Source of the DNA: a virus
Lineage: Duplodnaviria > Caudoviricetes
IMG/VR virus record: IMGVR_UViG_3300017912_002026
Coordinates: 1-36,182 of that record
Reading direction: 5' to 3' (one strand)
Length of the DNA: 36,182 nt
Part shown: positions 15,088 to 25,441 of the stretch, one piece after another
How positions within the stretch are numbered: position 1 is the first letter of the stretch
Layout of the letters: the number at the start of each line of letters is the position of its first letter
Program-made: the position numbers and the translations under genes
Notes under the pieces: model-generated
The model's database searches: none
Told to the model about the DNA's origin: nothing
What the model saw: only the letters and a program-made list of their open reading frames with translations

Positions 15088-16832
15088 AATACAAACCAAC
15101 ACCACAAGACAAAGAAACTATCAAGCGCACAGAAAATATGTTTCAGATTGCTAGAAAAGCACGATCTGAAGTAACCAAGCTTTGGCGAGAAGCCGAAGGT
15201 CTGTATCAGGGCAACCACTGGGAAGGCATGAACATGCCCCAGTTTAAAAATCAGATAACAATAGATATGATTGCATCAGCTATTGATACTATGATTCCTA
15301 TATTGTCATCTAGACCCCCTAAGATCGATATCCTGAGCGTAACTGGCGACGATAAGGGGATGAATGTAGCTGACACATTACAAGCCTTTATGGACGAATT
15401 ATGGCAGATAAGGGATATGCAAAACCTTATACCTGAATTCCTACTTGATTACTTAGTGTATGGTACTGGTATACTTAAAACACAGTGGAACAATGTAGAC
15501 GATATGCCTGATTGTGATATTATTGATCCATTTAATTTTTATGTCAACCCTTCCGCAACCAAATTAGAAAATGCAGAGTGGGTGTGTCTAGCATCTGCAA
15601 TGCCTATATATGAAATAAAAGAACGTTTTGATAACGGTCAGTTTGTCAAGCCAATGAGCGACCTTGAGAAATATTCATCAACTAAGATAGGTGTATCAAA
15701 CTTTGGAGACGATAAAATCCAAGTAACAGATACAAAAGGACAAGAGACTAATTATTACGAGAGCTATGGTAAAGCTATGGAAGATTTAGAGCCACGCGCC
15801 TTAGTAATAGAGTGTTATATGAGAGACCCCTCAAAAGAATATGTAACTACTGACGACGGCAAAGAGAAACAACAAATGAAATACCCTAATGGTATGCGCC
15901 AAGTCATTGTCAGTAATGGAGTATTGCTTTATGATGGAAAAACAAAATACCCATTCTTTGACAAAAAGAATCACTGTCCGCACCCTTTTCCTTTTGTTAC
16001 GATTAAAAATACTGGTTCTCCTCACTCGTTTTGGGGAAAGCCTGAACCAAAGAGATTAAAGTCTATTAACCTTGCTATGGATCGAATCGCAAGTCAGGTC
16101 TCAGATAATATAGCCCTAACAGCTTCTCCGAACTGGATTGTAGATGAAACGGCTGGGGTTGAAAATCAAATAACTAATAAACCAGCACAAATTATTAGGA
16201 AGAAGGGAGCAGGACAAGTATCTATGCAGTCTCCTCCTTCTATGCCTAGTTATGTATTTAATTTTTATCAACTGCTTGGCGACGTATTCGAGACAGTAAG
16301 TGGAGTCAATAAAGCAACTCAAGGCAAAGAAGCCAGTAACGTAACAAGTGGAGTCCAAGCTCAGATATATCGCCAAGCCAGCACTACTAAGATAGATTTT
16401 AAATCTCGTACCTTAGATCAAGCAATTTCTGTGCTAGGAACTATGTGGGTTGCTATGTTTAAACACTTAGGCAACCAAGTTAAGAGAGTCAACTTTGTTG
16501 GTAACGATGGAGTAACTGAACCTAGAGATTTAATTGGTGTGATGTTTAAAGAGATTGATCTAATGGTCAGGGCAAAAGCTGGCTCAATGTTACCTGAAAA
16601 TAGAATGTTTGTTGAAAACAAAATATTACAACTTGCCCAACTTGGCATCGTGACAGACCCTGAATATATTGTCGAAAACATGGAAATGCCGTCGAAAGAA
16701 AGATTGTTAGCTAAGATAAGAGAAGAGAAAGAACAGCAGGGTCAACCTCCAGCACCTGAGGAGCTTGGTAATAATGAGGATGAAATATTTGAAACATTGA
16801 GGAATAATCCTACCCTAATAGACCAAGTGTAA
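15081..16832 (+). CDS. Portal protein (podovirus/P22-like)
   Basis: Size and position; YGTGILK, DPFNFYVNP, FPFV...SFWG and ETVSGV...QG...SGV motifs. Confidence 0.9.
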   Translation: MLKYKPTPQDKETIKRTENMFQIARKARSEVTKLWREAEGLYQGNHWEGMNMPQFKNQITIDMIASAIDTMIPILSSRPPKIDILSVTGDDKGMNVADTLQAFMDELWQIRDMQNLIPEFLLDYLVYGTGILKTQWNNVDDMPDCDIIDPFNFYVNPSATKLENAEWVCLASAMPIYEIKERFDNGQFVKPMSDLEKYSSTKIGVSNFGDDKIQVTDTKGQETNYYESYGKAMEDLEPRALVIECYMRDPSKEYVTTDDGKEKQQMKYPNGMRQVIVSNGVLLYDGKTKYPFFDKKNHCPHPFPFVTIKNTGSPHSFWGKPEPKRLKSINLAMDRIASQVSDNIALTASPNWIVDETAGVENQITNKPAQIIRKKGAGQVSMQSPPSMPSYVFNFYQLLGDVFETVSGVNKATQGKEASNVTSGVQAQIYRQASTTKIDFKSRTLDQAISVLGTMWVAMFKHLGNQVKRVNFVGNDGVTEPRDLIGVMFKEIDLMVRAKAGSMLPENRMFVENKILQLAQLGIVTDPEYIVENMEMPSKERLLAKIREEKEQQGQPPAPEELGNNEDEIFETLRNNPTLIDQV

Positions 16833-16910
16833 CGATTTATCTATTTTAAACGTTGACACGATAAGAATTTCAAGCAGTACAGTTCTTACAAGATTGGAGA
16901 AAATACAACT

Positions 16911-17825
16911 ATGAGTGAGAACATAGAAGGTGGCACTTACGGTGAAGTCGTAGAAGCGAGCGTGGCTGACTCCCTATTCGCACCCAATGAGGGGGAGCAA
17001 CAGTCAACTGCAACCGAAGAACCAAACAGCGAAGCAACGGCTGAAGAGCAAGTAGAGACTCAAGAAAATGAGCAACCTGAAAGCTTAGATCAAACTGTTG
17101 CAACAGAAGATGGCGAACCTGAGATCATTGATTTTACAGAAATTGAGATTGATGGAGAAACCTACACAACTGAACAGCTACAAGAGTTTATAAAAGACTC
17201 TAGAAATAAAGCTGATTGGCAAAAGAGCAATACTCAAAAAGCTCAAGAAATTGCTAAACAAGAAAAAGCTTTAAAAGCTGAGTTTGAACGCATTAATGGT
17301 GTGATGCAAGATGACGAGGTTGTGGAAACCATGAAAGACTTATTGGGCGATGACCATGAGTTTTTTAAGGAGTCTACTGTAAAGTTTTCTGAAAATGTGG
17401 ATGAACAGAAGCAAGACAACCTTACACCACCTGTGGAAGATCAGGGCGATAGTAGGGTTGATGAATTAGAAGCTCAAGTACGACAGATGCAACTAGAGCG
17501 CGAAGTTGCTAACGAAATAAATACTCTCGTACAATCACATCCTGAGCTTGAGAATGATGGCGATGCAATATCAGAGGTGTTAGATATTGCCGTAGACCGC
17601 AATATAGCGAGTCTCGAAGATGCCTACCTTCTTGCGCAAGCTAAGGCTACTGAAGAATCTGCTGTAATGAAAGCTGTTAAGAAATTGAAAGAGGCTGAAG
17701 ACCTTAAGGCAATACCTGAGGTGGATAGTAATAAGAAAGGGGATCACAGCCCAACGGTTGAGAAATCTCCTGACTTTGACCACGCAAGGGATATAGCTCT
17801 TAAGGAATATCAGCTATTTAATTAA
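16911..17825 (+). CDS. Scaffolding protein
   Basis: Acidic, coiled-coil; IDGE...L......ADWQK..QK.QE.A motif; between portal and capsid. Confidence 0.8.
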   Translation: MSENIEGGTYGEVVEASVADSLFAPNEGEQQSTATEEPNSEATAEEQVETQENEQPESLDQTVATEDGEPEIIDFTEIEIDGETYTTEQLQEFIKDSRNKADWQKSNTQKAQEIAKQEKALKAEFERINGVMQDDEVVETMKDLLGDDHEFFKESTVKFSENVDEQKQDNLTPPVEDQGDSRVDELEAQVRQMQLEREVANEINTLVQSHPELENDGDAISEVLDIAVDRNIASLEDAYLLAQAKATEESAVMKAVKKLKEAEDLKAIPEVDSNKKGDHSPTVEKSPDFDHARDIALKEYQLFN

Positions 17826-17846
17826 TAAATAACAGGGGGAAGACAA

Positions 17847-18821
17847 ATGTCTTTGAACTACGACAATTTATCTGCCTTAACAAAGAATCAATATATTCCT
17901 TTGTTAGTAGATAATATTTTTGAAAGTAATGTTCTAACCCATCGCCTTTTAAGAAAATCTAAAGCATCTGCAAGTGGTATGAAAGTGTTGCAACCAGTCG
18001 AGTATGCTAAGAATACAAGCTCAGGCTTTTATTCAGGCTACGACGTAATGAATACAGCGCCTACAGAGACCTTTACCGATGCTGAATTTTCTTGGAGTCA
18101 AATGTACTCTACTATTTCAATTTCAGGTCGTGAAGAAGCTTTGAACGACGGTGCTGAAAGAGTAATAGATTTATTAGAAGCGAAGGTTAAGAACGCAGAA
18201 AAATCCATGAAAGATAGTTTTGGTACTACTCTTTATGGTTCACAAGATGGTACTGGTAATGATTTTGTTGGTTTACAGCATATAATTGCTGAAGATAGAA
18301 CCTTAGGTGGCATTAACTCCACAACCTACACATGGTGGGATGGAGGATACGTTAATGCTGTATCAGGTTCTCCAACATATGCAAATATTGTTGATTCAAC
18401 CAATGCAAATTTCATTCAAGACCTCTTGAGAAAATCAGTCAGTTCACTTACCATTGACGGTCAAAGACCAACAATGATTGTGACTACACCAATCATCTTG
18501 GATGCTTATGAGGAATCATTAGTAGCTCAAAAACGTTTTGGTGCGTCTGCTGGCTCAGAAGCTGATGCTGGATTTAGGAATTTAACTTTCCGCGATATTC
18601 CAATATTTGCCGATGATCACTGCCCTGCTGGTATGATGTTCTTGTTAAACGAGAATTTCATTCAGTTCAGGCATCACAGAAAGAGAAACTTTACATTCGA
18701 GCCATTTCAAAAGCCGATTAATCAAGACGCTCGTGTTGCAAAGATTCTATGGTTAGGAGCATTAACCTGTTCTGCTCCTCGCTATATGGGTAAGATAACA
18801 GGTCTACCAAGTTCATATTAA
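17847..18821 (+). CDS. Major capsid protein
   Basis: LVDNIF, ISISGREE.LN.G...IDLL..KV.NAE, GF.NL.F..IPI..D..CP; follows the scaffold. Confidence 0.9.
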   Translation: MSLNYDNLSALTKNQYIPLLVDNIFESNVLTHRLLRKSKASASGMKVLQPVEYAKNTSSGFYSGYDVMNTAPTETFTDAEFSWSQMYSTISISGREEALNDGAERVIDLLEAKVKNAEKSMKDSFGTTLYGSQDGTGNDFVGLQHIIAEDRTLGGINSTTYTWWDGGYVNAVSGSPTYANIVDSTNANFIQDLLRKSVSSLTIDGQRPTMIVTTPIILDAYEESLVAQKRFGASAGSEADAGFRNLTFRDIPIFADDHCPAGMMFLLNENFIQFRHHRKRNFTFEPFQKPINQDARVAKILWLGALTCSAPRYMGKITGLPSSY

Positions 18822-18833
18822 TAGGAGTTAATT

Positions 18834-19076
18834 ATGGCAACTGCACAATCAGCATCCGATCTTAAAACCGTTGGAATGCTAACTGAAAAAGACGCTGGTG
18901 GTTTCGTATTCACTGCTATTGGTGGAGTAAGATTTTACTCAGGACAAGGAGCACCGAATCACGCAAGTGTAAAAGGTTCGCTATACATGGACACAAGTGG
19001 AGCAGAAATGTACATATGTGTTACTGCGGATTCAGCTACAACTGGTGCGTGGAAAAAGATCACTAGAGCATCTTAA
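18834..19076 (+). CDS. Small virion protein (possible capsid decoration)
   Basis: AGGAG RBS; G.GAP....KGSLY.DT motif; co-transcribed with the capsid gene. Confidence 0.55.
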   Translation: MATAQSASDLKTVGMLTEKDAGGFVFTAIGGVRFYSGQGAPNHASVKGSLYMDTSGAEMYICVTADSATTGAWKKITRAS

Positions 19077-19086
19077 AACCGTAATT

Positions 19087-19113
19087 GTGGGGTGTTTAAA
19101 CGCACCCCACTTT
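19087..19113 (+). terminator. Terminator-like hairpin after the capsid genes
   Basis: GTGGGGTG...CACCCCAC-TTT, with GTTTAAAC at its apex. Confidence 0.65.
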
Positions 19114-19131
19114 ACATAAATAGGGGAAGAA

Positions 19132-19830
19132 ATGACTGGAACAGAGTTAATCGACATGCTAGGATTGAGGTTAGAAGACCCATCCGAAGCAAACTTTACC
19201 AGCGCAACTAAAATTAAAGCATTAAACATTGCTCAACGTACTGTTGTAAACTTAATTGACAATGCGTATCTCACTGAATTACAAGAAATAGATACAGCTA
19301 CATTTGCTAACACTGTGTATAACGATACTACTGGTAACGGTTTAGACGCAGAAGGTAAAGCAACTTTTGCTAATTTAGGCATTGACCCAATTAGAGGTGG
19401 CGTTATTGCTATCAATGTATACGACATTAATAGTAGCAACGAAAGTGTTGACTTAGGTTTTGCTAATATGATAGAGCCACAAGACGCTAAAAGGCTAGAG
19501 AATTCTTATTTAGCAGGCTCTGATTCAAATCCTGTAGCGTATATATTTAATGAAGCGATATATGTAAAACCTGTAAAACCGTCAGGTGGTATAGATGTTT
19601 GGTATCTAAAAAACCCAACAGCTATAGCGTCAGGCAACACAGAGTGCGAATTAAACGTAGCATTGCATGAGGTTGTATTAGATTTTGCTGAATCTCAGCT
19701 ATGGAAAATGGACAACAAACCTGATAGAGCAGGCGTTGCGTATACTAACGCAATAAATCAGATAAAAGCTCTAAATGATAGGTATGTTGTTGAAAAGCCT
19801 AAAGGAATTGGTACGCAGGGTAGAGCATAA
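19132..19830 (+). CDS. Head-tail adaptor-like protein 1
   Basis: L...R.RL.D...ALN.AQ...P.AY...IYVKP...LHEVVLD.A; position after the capsid. Confidence 0.65.
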   Translation: MTGTELIDMLGLRLEDPSEANFTSATKIKALNIAQRTVVNLIDNAYLTELQEIDTATFANTVYNDTTGNGLDAEGKATFANLGIDPIRGGVIAINVYDINSSNESVDLGFANMIEPQDAKRLENSYLAGSDSNPVAYIFNEAIYVKPVKPSGGIDVWYLKNPTAIASGNTECELNVALHEVVLDFAESQLWKMDNKPDRAGVAYTNAINQIKALNDRYVVEKPKGIGTQGRA

Positions 19831-20753
19831 TGCTTTGGTCGCAGATCGTAGACCGAGCGTCAATACCATTTGAGCCTAGCGATGAAATAAAGCAAAAGGC
19901 TAAAAAGTATGGAGAGGAAGCACAGCAAGACTTTGCTTACCATACCAAGTCTTATGAGCGCACTCGCGGTGTTTACATTGATAGCGGAGATCGAGAAGTC
20001 GAACTTCCTGATGATTTTATTGAGATGGCATCCTATGTGGAGTTTCGCAATAGAATACTAAGACCTTATCCTGAGCACAAGCTCTATCCAAAAAGAAATA
20101 GCGACGGTAGCTTTAGAACTGGAACACCTGAATACTACGAAATAAAAGGCAATAATCTTTGCCTGTATCCTTCCCCAACGACTGTAGGTGTTCTTTTGTT
20201 TGAGTACGTAGCTACTGTTAATAATTTAGAAGACAGCGCTACTGCTTATAAAAAACTAAATTATACTAATCTAAAATCAGGCTATTGGCAAGTTGATAAA
20301 GAAGTACAAGGTATGACTTCTAATGCTAAAGGCACTATTGCTGAAGACATTAACAACAACAAAGAAGGTACTTTAGTTCTAACAAATATATCAGGCACCT
20401 TTCAGTCTAATGAACAAATAGTACAGCTTGACGAAGAGCAAGCTATGAATCTTATCGAACAATCCTCTTTTGATAACTTGTTAACTAATTGGGATAATTT
20501 AGGGCTAGGCGCAAGGGCAACTACAGCAGGTCTAGCTTACAGCTTTGCTAAGGCTGGAGATAAACCAGCTATATTACAAGCCTACCACCCAATGCTTATC
20601 GACTACATAAAAGCAATGCTATACGAAGATCAGGGCAGGTATGATATCTCTGATAGACACATGTCTCGTTACATGGCTAACAGAGCATTAGTAAAGGGGC
20701 AGTTTGTTAGTCGAGACAACTATGGGGCTCAACAAGTACAAGATGTGTTATGA
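19830..20753 (+). CDS. Head-tail adaptor-like protein 2 (with internal insertion)
   Basis: LPDDF...GTPEYY......LYPSP...YHPMLIDY; resembles the preceding gene. Confidence 0.65.
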   Translation: MLWSQIVDRASIPFEPSDEIKQKAKKYGEEAQQDFAYHTKSYERTRGVYIDSGDREVELPDDFIEMASYVEFRNRILRPYPEHKLYPKRNSDGSFRTGTPEYYEIKGNNLCLYPSPTTVGVLLFEYVATVNNLEDSATAYKKLNYTNLKSGYWQVDKEVQGMTSNAKGTIAEDINNNKEGTLVLTNISGTFQSNEQIVQLDEEQAMNLIEQSSFDNLLTNWDNLGLGARATTAGLAYSFAKAGDKPAILQAYHPMLIDYIKAMLYEDQGRYDISDRHMSRYMANRALVKGQFVSRDNYGAQQVQDVL

Positions 20754-22804
20754 TCATAGAAATACCAATATTTGATGGAGGTCTCGTTACAAATGTTGAC
20801 GCAGAGGATATTCCATTAAATGCTAGTTCTGATACAGAAAACTTCGACATAGATGTACAAGGTAAAATAAAAAAACGCAAAGGCTTAGAGTCTAAGGCAA
20901 CTTTAAACGGCACACACCTAACACAGCTATTTTATTGGGTTGATTCAAATTTAACAGGCGGAGCGAATTGGATAGGTTATGAAGATCAAAGCAATGAGAT
21001 AGTAAAATTCAATAAAGATTTTTCTAACAAAACAGTTTTAAAAACCTTTTCTTCTAATCCTCCTGAAGATATTAAGATTATCCCAATGGCAAACAGTTTA
21101 CGTTTTGCTAATGGTCACAATCAAGATGTAGGATTTTTACAATTTATTGACAGGGGATTCTTTTTTAGCGCATATACGTTTAATGCCCTTAAATATGACA
21201 GTGCTAGCCCAGCATACCCCTCGACATGGGATTTAGCTGTAGAGGGTACAGAATCAGGCGCATTAGCCACAGGAACTTATTATTATAAAGTAACAGCCCT
21301 GTTTGACGGCAATCAAGAAGCGCAATTACAAGATCAGTTTATAAAACAAGCTGTTAGTGGTAACGATGATTCTATAAAGTTTTCATTAACAGTTGACACT
21401 GATGACTATAATCCAAGAATTACTGGCGCTAATGTATACAGGCATTTTAGCGCTGATGACACTCTTGTGCCTACCTACAGATTAGTAAAGTCTATAAACC
21501 TAGCCACAAAATCTAATTCTACAGATAAAGAGTCAGGTAACTCTACTTCTCGTATTGGCAATTTTGTTTATTTCCCTGAGGGTGGTATTAGTCAAGCAGT
21601 AGCCAATGCTTTTTCATGGGCTAATGCTGAGTCTAATCCGCAAGTAAGTATAACTATAGGTGGTGTAGAGACTGTGATAAAGACTGATTCATCTACTGAT
21701 GCTAACTTTTTTACAGATACATTAATATTTTTAGGGCAAAACATCGGTGCTGGGCATACTGGATGGGGCGCATCTCTCTCTTTAAATGCATCAAGACAAT
21801 CAGGGGGTGGCGAACAAACCAACAATTTTGCTTTAACGCCTAAGGGGTACTATGGTAGAAATGTTGTATATGATACTAGAACAAGCAATAATTGGGATTT
21901 TTCTATTGGCGAAAAAAATGGATGGATACAAAAAATTGGGTCTCAATATTTGACAGTTACAAATAGTTTAGCTAGGGCAATACAACTTAATGCTGACAGT
22001 ACCAGTCTTGGCTCTAATGTTACTATAGGCGAGCTTACTAATGGATATTATTTTGAAGCATTATCAGGAAATCAATTTAAAATTAACATTATAGATAATG
22101 GATTGACTAATGACAGGACACACCCATTAACTACTACAAAAAATAAAGTTAATTATGAGCATGGAGCTTTTGTAAACGGCAGATTCTTTGGTGGTAACGT
22201 TACTCTTGATCCTGACGATGAAGCTGAAAAGCATGAAGATTTTATTATCTTTAGCTTGATTAACCAGCCTGACATACTACCTGTATCAAACTTTATACAA
22301 TTGAAGGATGCGCAAGGCGGAATTATAAAAGCTATGCGCAGTTTAAACGACAACTTAATTATATTTATGGAGAGAGGTGTGTTTCAGTTATACGCACCTT
22401 CCGCTAACCCACAAAATTACAGCCTTAGAGAAAGCGACATAAACGTAGGATGTATTGCAAGCAATAGTATAGTAGAAGCTGGTCAATATTTATTTTTTGC
22501 AGGGTCAGACAATATCTACATGACTGGAGCAAACATGAGTAGTGTACCAGTTTCTACTGCTGTAAAGGATGTGTATACATCTTCATCGAATCTTGATAAG
22601 ACAATAGGCATATATGACCCTTTAAAAAATAGAATTTTATTTAGATTTGGAAGCGATGGAACTAAGCTATATGCATTAGATTTTTTGAAGATCCAAAATG
22701 GGCAAGAGGTTTGGAACAAATTAAGCTTTGCATCGGCAAAATCAGTAGACATCCTATCTATTGATAACGACCTAAAAATATATACAACACACAATGAAAG
22801 TTAA
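20750..22804 (+). CDS. Tail nozzle / stabilisation protein (gp10 or tubular-B-like), apparently lacking its C-terminal part
   Basis: N-terminal FDGGL.T...D.....S....N.D....G...KRKG; propeller motifs NGRFF, IIFS...PD, LIIFME, VGCIA..SI, YDP...R. Confidence 0.7.
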   Translation: MIIEIPIFDGGLVTNVDAEDIPLNASSDTENFDIDVQGKIKKRKGLESKATLNGTHLTQLFYWVDSNLTGGANWIGYEDQSNEIVKFNKDFSNKTVLKTFSSNPPEDIKIIPMANSLRFANGHNQDVGFLQFIDRGFFFSAYTFNALKYDSASPAYPSTWDLAVEGTESGALATGTYYYKVTALFDGNQEAQLQDQFIKQAVSGNDDSIKFSLTVDTDDYNPRITGANVYRHFSADDTLVPTYRLVKSINLATKSNSTDKESGNSTSRIGNFVYFPEGGISQAVANAFSWANAESNPQVSITIGGVETVIKTDSSTDANFFTDTLIFLGQNIGAGHTGWGASLSLNASRQSGGGEQTNNFALTPKGYYGRNVVYDTRTSNNWDFSIGEKNGWIQKIGSQYLTVTNSLARAIQLNADSTSLGSNVTIGELTNGYYFEALSGNQFKINIIDNGLTNDRTHPLTTTKNKVNYEHGAFVNGRFFGGNVTLDPDDEAEKHEDFIIFSLINQPDILPVSNFIQLKDAQGGIIKAMRSLNDNLIIFMERGVFQLYAPSANPQNYSLRESDINVGCIASNSIVEAGQYLFFAGSDNIYMTGANMSSVPVSTAVKDVYTSSSNLDKTIGIYDPLKNRILFRFGSDGTKLYALDFLKIQNGQEVWNKLSFASAKSVDILSIDNDLKIYTTHNES

Positions 22805-22806
22805 GC

Positions 22807-23349
22807 ATGAAAGAAAAATTTAGTATAAGCGGTCAATGGTCTGCTGAAGTTATCAGGGCAGACGGCAGTGTAGAAACGTTTAAACAGCCTAATGCTATTG
22901 AAAATGATTTTAAAGAAACTTTAGTTGACGCTATGGTTACGTCACAAAATACTTCTTTCTTGTTCGACAGTAGTGTTTTGCATACTAACGATGGTAGCGG
23001 TCAAGGTTCAAATTCTAACACGCTAACAGTTAATGCGACAAACGGTAGCGGTATACAGCTTAATACTGGTGGAAGTGAGTATGTTGGTATGCAGACTACT
23101 ATTGAAAATGCAAATAACGCACCTGTAGCTATTACTAGCTCAGGAAGTACAATAGGATACAAAGCGCAGTTTAAAGGGGTAGTTAGGGTAGTAGCTAGCT
23201 ATACTATTACAGCAATTTTTCTAAAACGTAAAAAAACGACAAATACTAATCAATGGGAAACTGATGTAGCTACTGGAACTGGATGGAATTCATTAACGAT
23301 AAATAATGGTGATCAGCTAACTATAAACTGGGAGATTAGCATACAATGA
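22807..23349 (+). CDS. Tail-associated beta-rich protein
   Basis: G....EVIRADG...N.I and C-terminal GDQLTINWEIS. Confidence 0.55.
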   Translation: MKEKFSISGQWSAEVIRADGSVETFKQPNAIENDFKETLVDAMVTSQNTSFLFDSSVLHTNDGSGQGSNSNTLTVNATNGSGIQLNTGGSEYVGMQTTIENANNAPVAITSSGSTIGYKAQFKGVVRVVASYTITAIFLKRKKTTNTNQWETDVATGTGWNSLTINNGDQLTINWEISIQ

Positions 23350-23927
23350 TTGGGACAGTTCAGATAAATCAAATAAGAGATGGCAAGGTTATTAAGGCTG
23401 TTAACAAGCGAAACACTATTAGTAATCTAGTTACAGGTTTAAAATTTAAAATAATAAATCATATGATTGGAGGAAGCGGTAGTGCTAGCACCGCAGGATT
23501 ATACTTAGAGCCTAACTTTACGTTCCCTTCATTTACTTCAGGGGGCAATGACAATACTGCTGTTATAGGACAAGATGGAATATTTGCTGATGCCCCACAG
23601 TTAGGAACATATACTGGGCAAGGGGGCGATTCTGAAATAGACGGTACATTGCTGTTTAAATACAATCAATCAAAAACAGAATTCACATCAAAAAAAGCTA
23701 GATGGAAAGCTCAGGCTATATGGCAGAACAGTGATTTTGAATCAACGATTAGCTCTTTAGAAGGCACTAGCACTTTTATAACAACGTTTCATTTAGGCAA
23801 AGGATTGAAATCGACGCTAGACACTTTTGACATACCGTTCTCAACAGTTGTTTTAACAGGTAGCGACAGGGTACAGCCTGCATTGAATGACATAATAGAC
23901 GTAACATGGACAATGGAAGTTAGTTAG
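23346..23927 (+). CDS. Tail-associated beta-rich protein (paralog-like to the previous gene)
   Basis: G.V....IRDG......NTI and C-terminal NDIIDVTWTME. Confidence 0.55.
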   Translation: MIGTVQINQIRDGKVIKAVNKRNTISNLVTGLKFKIINHMIGGSGSASTAGLYLEPNFTFPSFTSGGNDNTAVIGQDGIFADAPQLGTYTGQGGDSEIDGTLLFKYNQSKTEFTSKKARWKAQAIWQNSDFESTISSLEGTSTFITTFHLGKGLKSTLDTFDIPFSTVVLTGSDRVQPALNDIIDVTWTMEVS

Positions 23928-24226
23928 TGGCATCGATAACGATAACATCTCCTACTGGAACATCTAACTTTGTAAAAGGAACCACCAATACAATAAGTTG
24001 GAGTAAAAGTACTTTATCAGGCACTTGGGGGAGCGTTGCAATAGATTTATACAGGGATGGTAGCTATGTAAAAAATATTGTGCAAAACCTTTCAGGCTCA
24101 GTACAAAGTTATAGCTGGTCAGTACCATTAAATGATAGCGATATTTTCGAAGACAATGGTTATCAAGTAAGAGTGATTACATCACATGATGACGATGACG
24201 GAGGAGATGGCGGAGGGCTTGAATAA
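23927..24226 (+). CDS. Ig-like (Ser/Thr-rich) domain protein
   Basis: ITITSP.......G....ISW...V.IDLY......SYSW.VP......YQVRV. Confidence 0.65.
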   Translation: MASITITSPTGTSNFVKGTTNTISWSKSTLSGTWGSVAIDLYRDGSYVKNIVQNLSGSVQSYSWSVPLNDSDIFEDNGYQVRVITSHDDDDGGDGGGLE

Positions 24227-24229
24227 TTT

Positions 24230-25441
24230 GTGCCACAAATTGTATCAGCATTTAGCCCTACATTTACCATTAGTGACCCTGATTCGGTCACATTGGATTC
24301 CCCAAACAGTGGTTCTTTTGCACATGATCAGTCAATAAGTATATCTTGGACAAAAACAAACTTTACAAATAATATTGATTTATACTGGACAACCTCTACA
24401 ACGTTTTCCACATCCAATAATATAGTATTTAATTACAACGCCAACTCCTATTCATGGAATATTCCATCATCTATTTCAGGTCAGAGCATTTATATATGGG
24501 TAAGAAAAACTGGCGATTCTGCTGTAAAAGACAGAAGTAATAATGCTATATCAATAACTGGAATTACTTTAGCTAGAGCTATTAATGAAACGTTATCAAG
24601 CTCTGACTCATTTACATTTAGTACAGGTCAATGGAAAAAGGTATTAAATCTTAGCGATACACTAGCAACCTCTGACACTTTTCCTCATACTACAAGACAA
24701 TACATAGATTTTAGATCGCTTGCTGACACGCTAAACACATCAGATAGTTTTACACAACAAGAAAGAGTCTTTATAGAATTTGCAAATATTAATGAGACGT
24801 TGGCTACTTCTGATAGCTTTACTGCTCCTACAAGAAAATGGATATTAGAGCGAAGCTTAGCAGATACATTAACTGGCTCAGATTCTTTTTCTTTTGCAGA
24901 AAGATTGTGGATTAAGGTAAAGGCTTTAGCAGATACCCTTGCGACAAGCGATAGCTTTACTACAGCATCTCGTCAATTTATCAAGTTATTAAATTTAAAC
25001 GATACTTTAAATACAGCAGAAAGTAATTCACTAGGCAGACTTGTGAACCCTACTGACGTTATGGCTGTTACTGATACCTTTACGCAACTAATATCAAAGC
25101 AGGGAAGTGTATACCAGTTAGATGGTAGCAGTAGTAACGAGCAAATTACAGCCTTGTATAGAACTGGCTGGATTATGCCAAACAATCTTGATAAGAATGC
25201 AATTATAAGAAGAGTCAATCTAGACTATAGCAGTGATAGTGCAATAACAATTAAAATATTTAAGGATGACGACATAATCACACCATTTGCCACAAAGACA
25301 CTCAGCGCATCCTCAACACCTGCACATGGAAGTATTAGGTTAGGTACAAGGATTAAGTATTTTCTAATAGCGATTGAGACCACTCAATCTGCAAGTGACA
25401 ACGTACGTATAGAAAGAATTGAAATAGAGGTAGATGATTAA
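24230..25441 (+). CDS. Virion protein: Ig-like domain, 23-aa repeats and nozzle C-terminal-like domain
   Basis: Ig motif; repeats of L.DTL.TSD.F; C-terminal domain similar to 25441..25800. Confidence 0.7.
   Translation: MPQIVSAFSPTFTISDPDSVTLDSPNSGSFAHDQSISISWTKTNFTNNIDLYWTTSTTFSTSNNIVFNYNANSYSWNIPSSISGQSIYIWVRKTGDSAVKDRSNNAISITGITLARAINETLSSSDSFTFSTGQWKKVLNLSDTLATSDTFPHTTRQYIDFRSLADTLNTSDSFTQQERVFIEFANINETLATSDSFTAPTRKWILERSLADTLTGSDSFSFAERLWIKVKALADTLATSDSFTTASRQFIKLLNLNDTLNTAESNSLGRLVNPTDVMAVTDTFTQLISKQGSVYQLDGSSSNEQITALYRTGWIMPNNLDKNAIIRRVNLDYSSDSAITIKIFKDDDIITPFATKTLSASSTPAHGSIRLGTRIKYFLIAIETTQSASDNVRIERIEIEVDD
24563..25087 (+). repeat. Tandem 23-aa (69-nt) coding repeats, about 6 full and 2 partial
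   Basis: For example KKVLNLSDTLATSDTFPHTTRQY / IDFRSLADTLNTSDSFTQQERVF / IKVKALADTLATSDSFTTASRQF. Confidence 0.85.
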
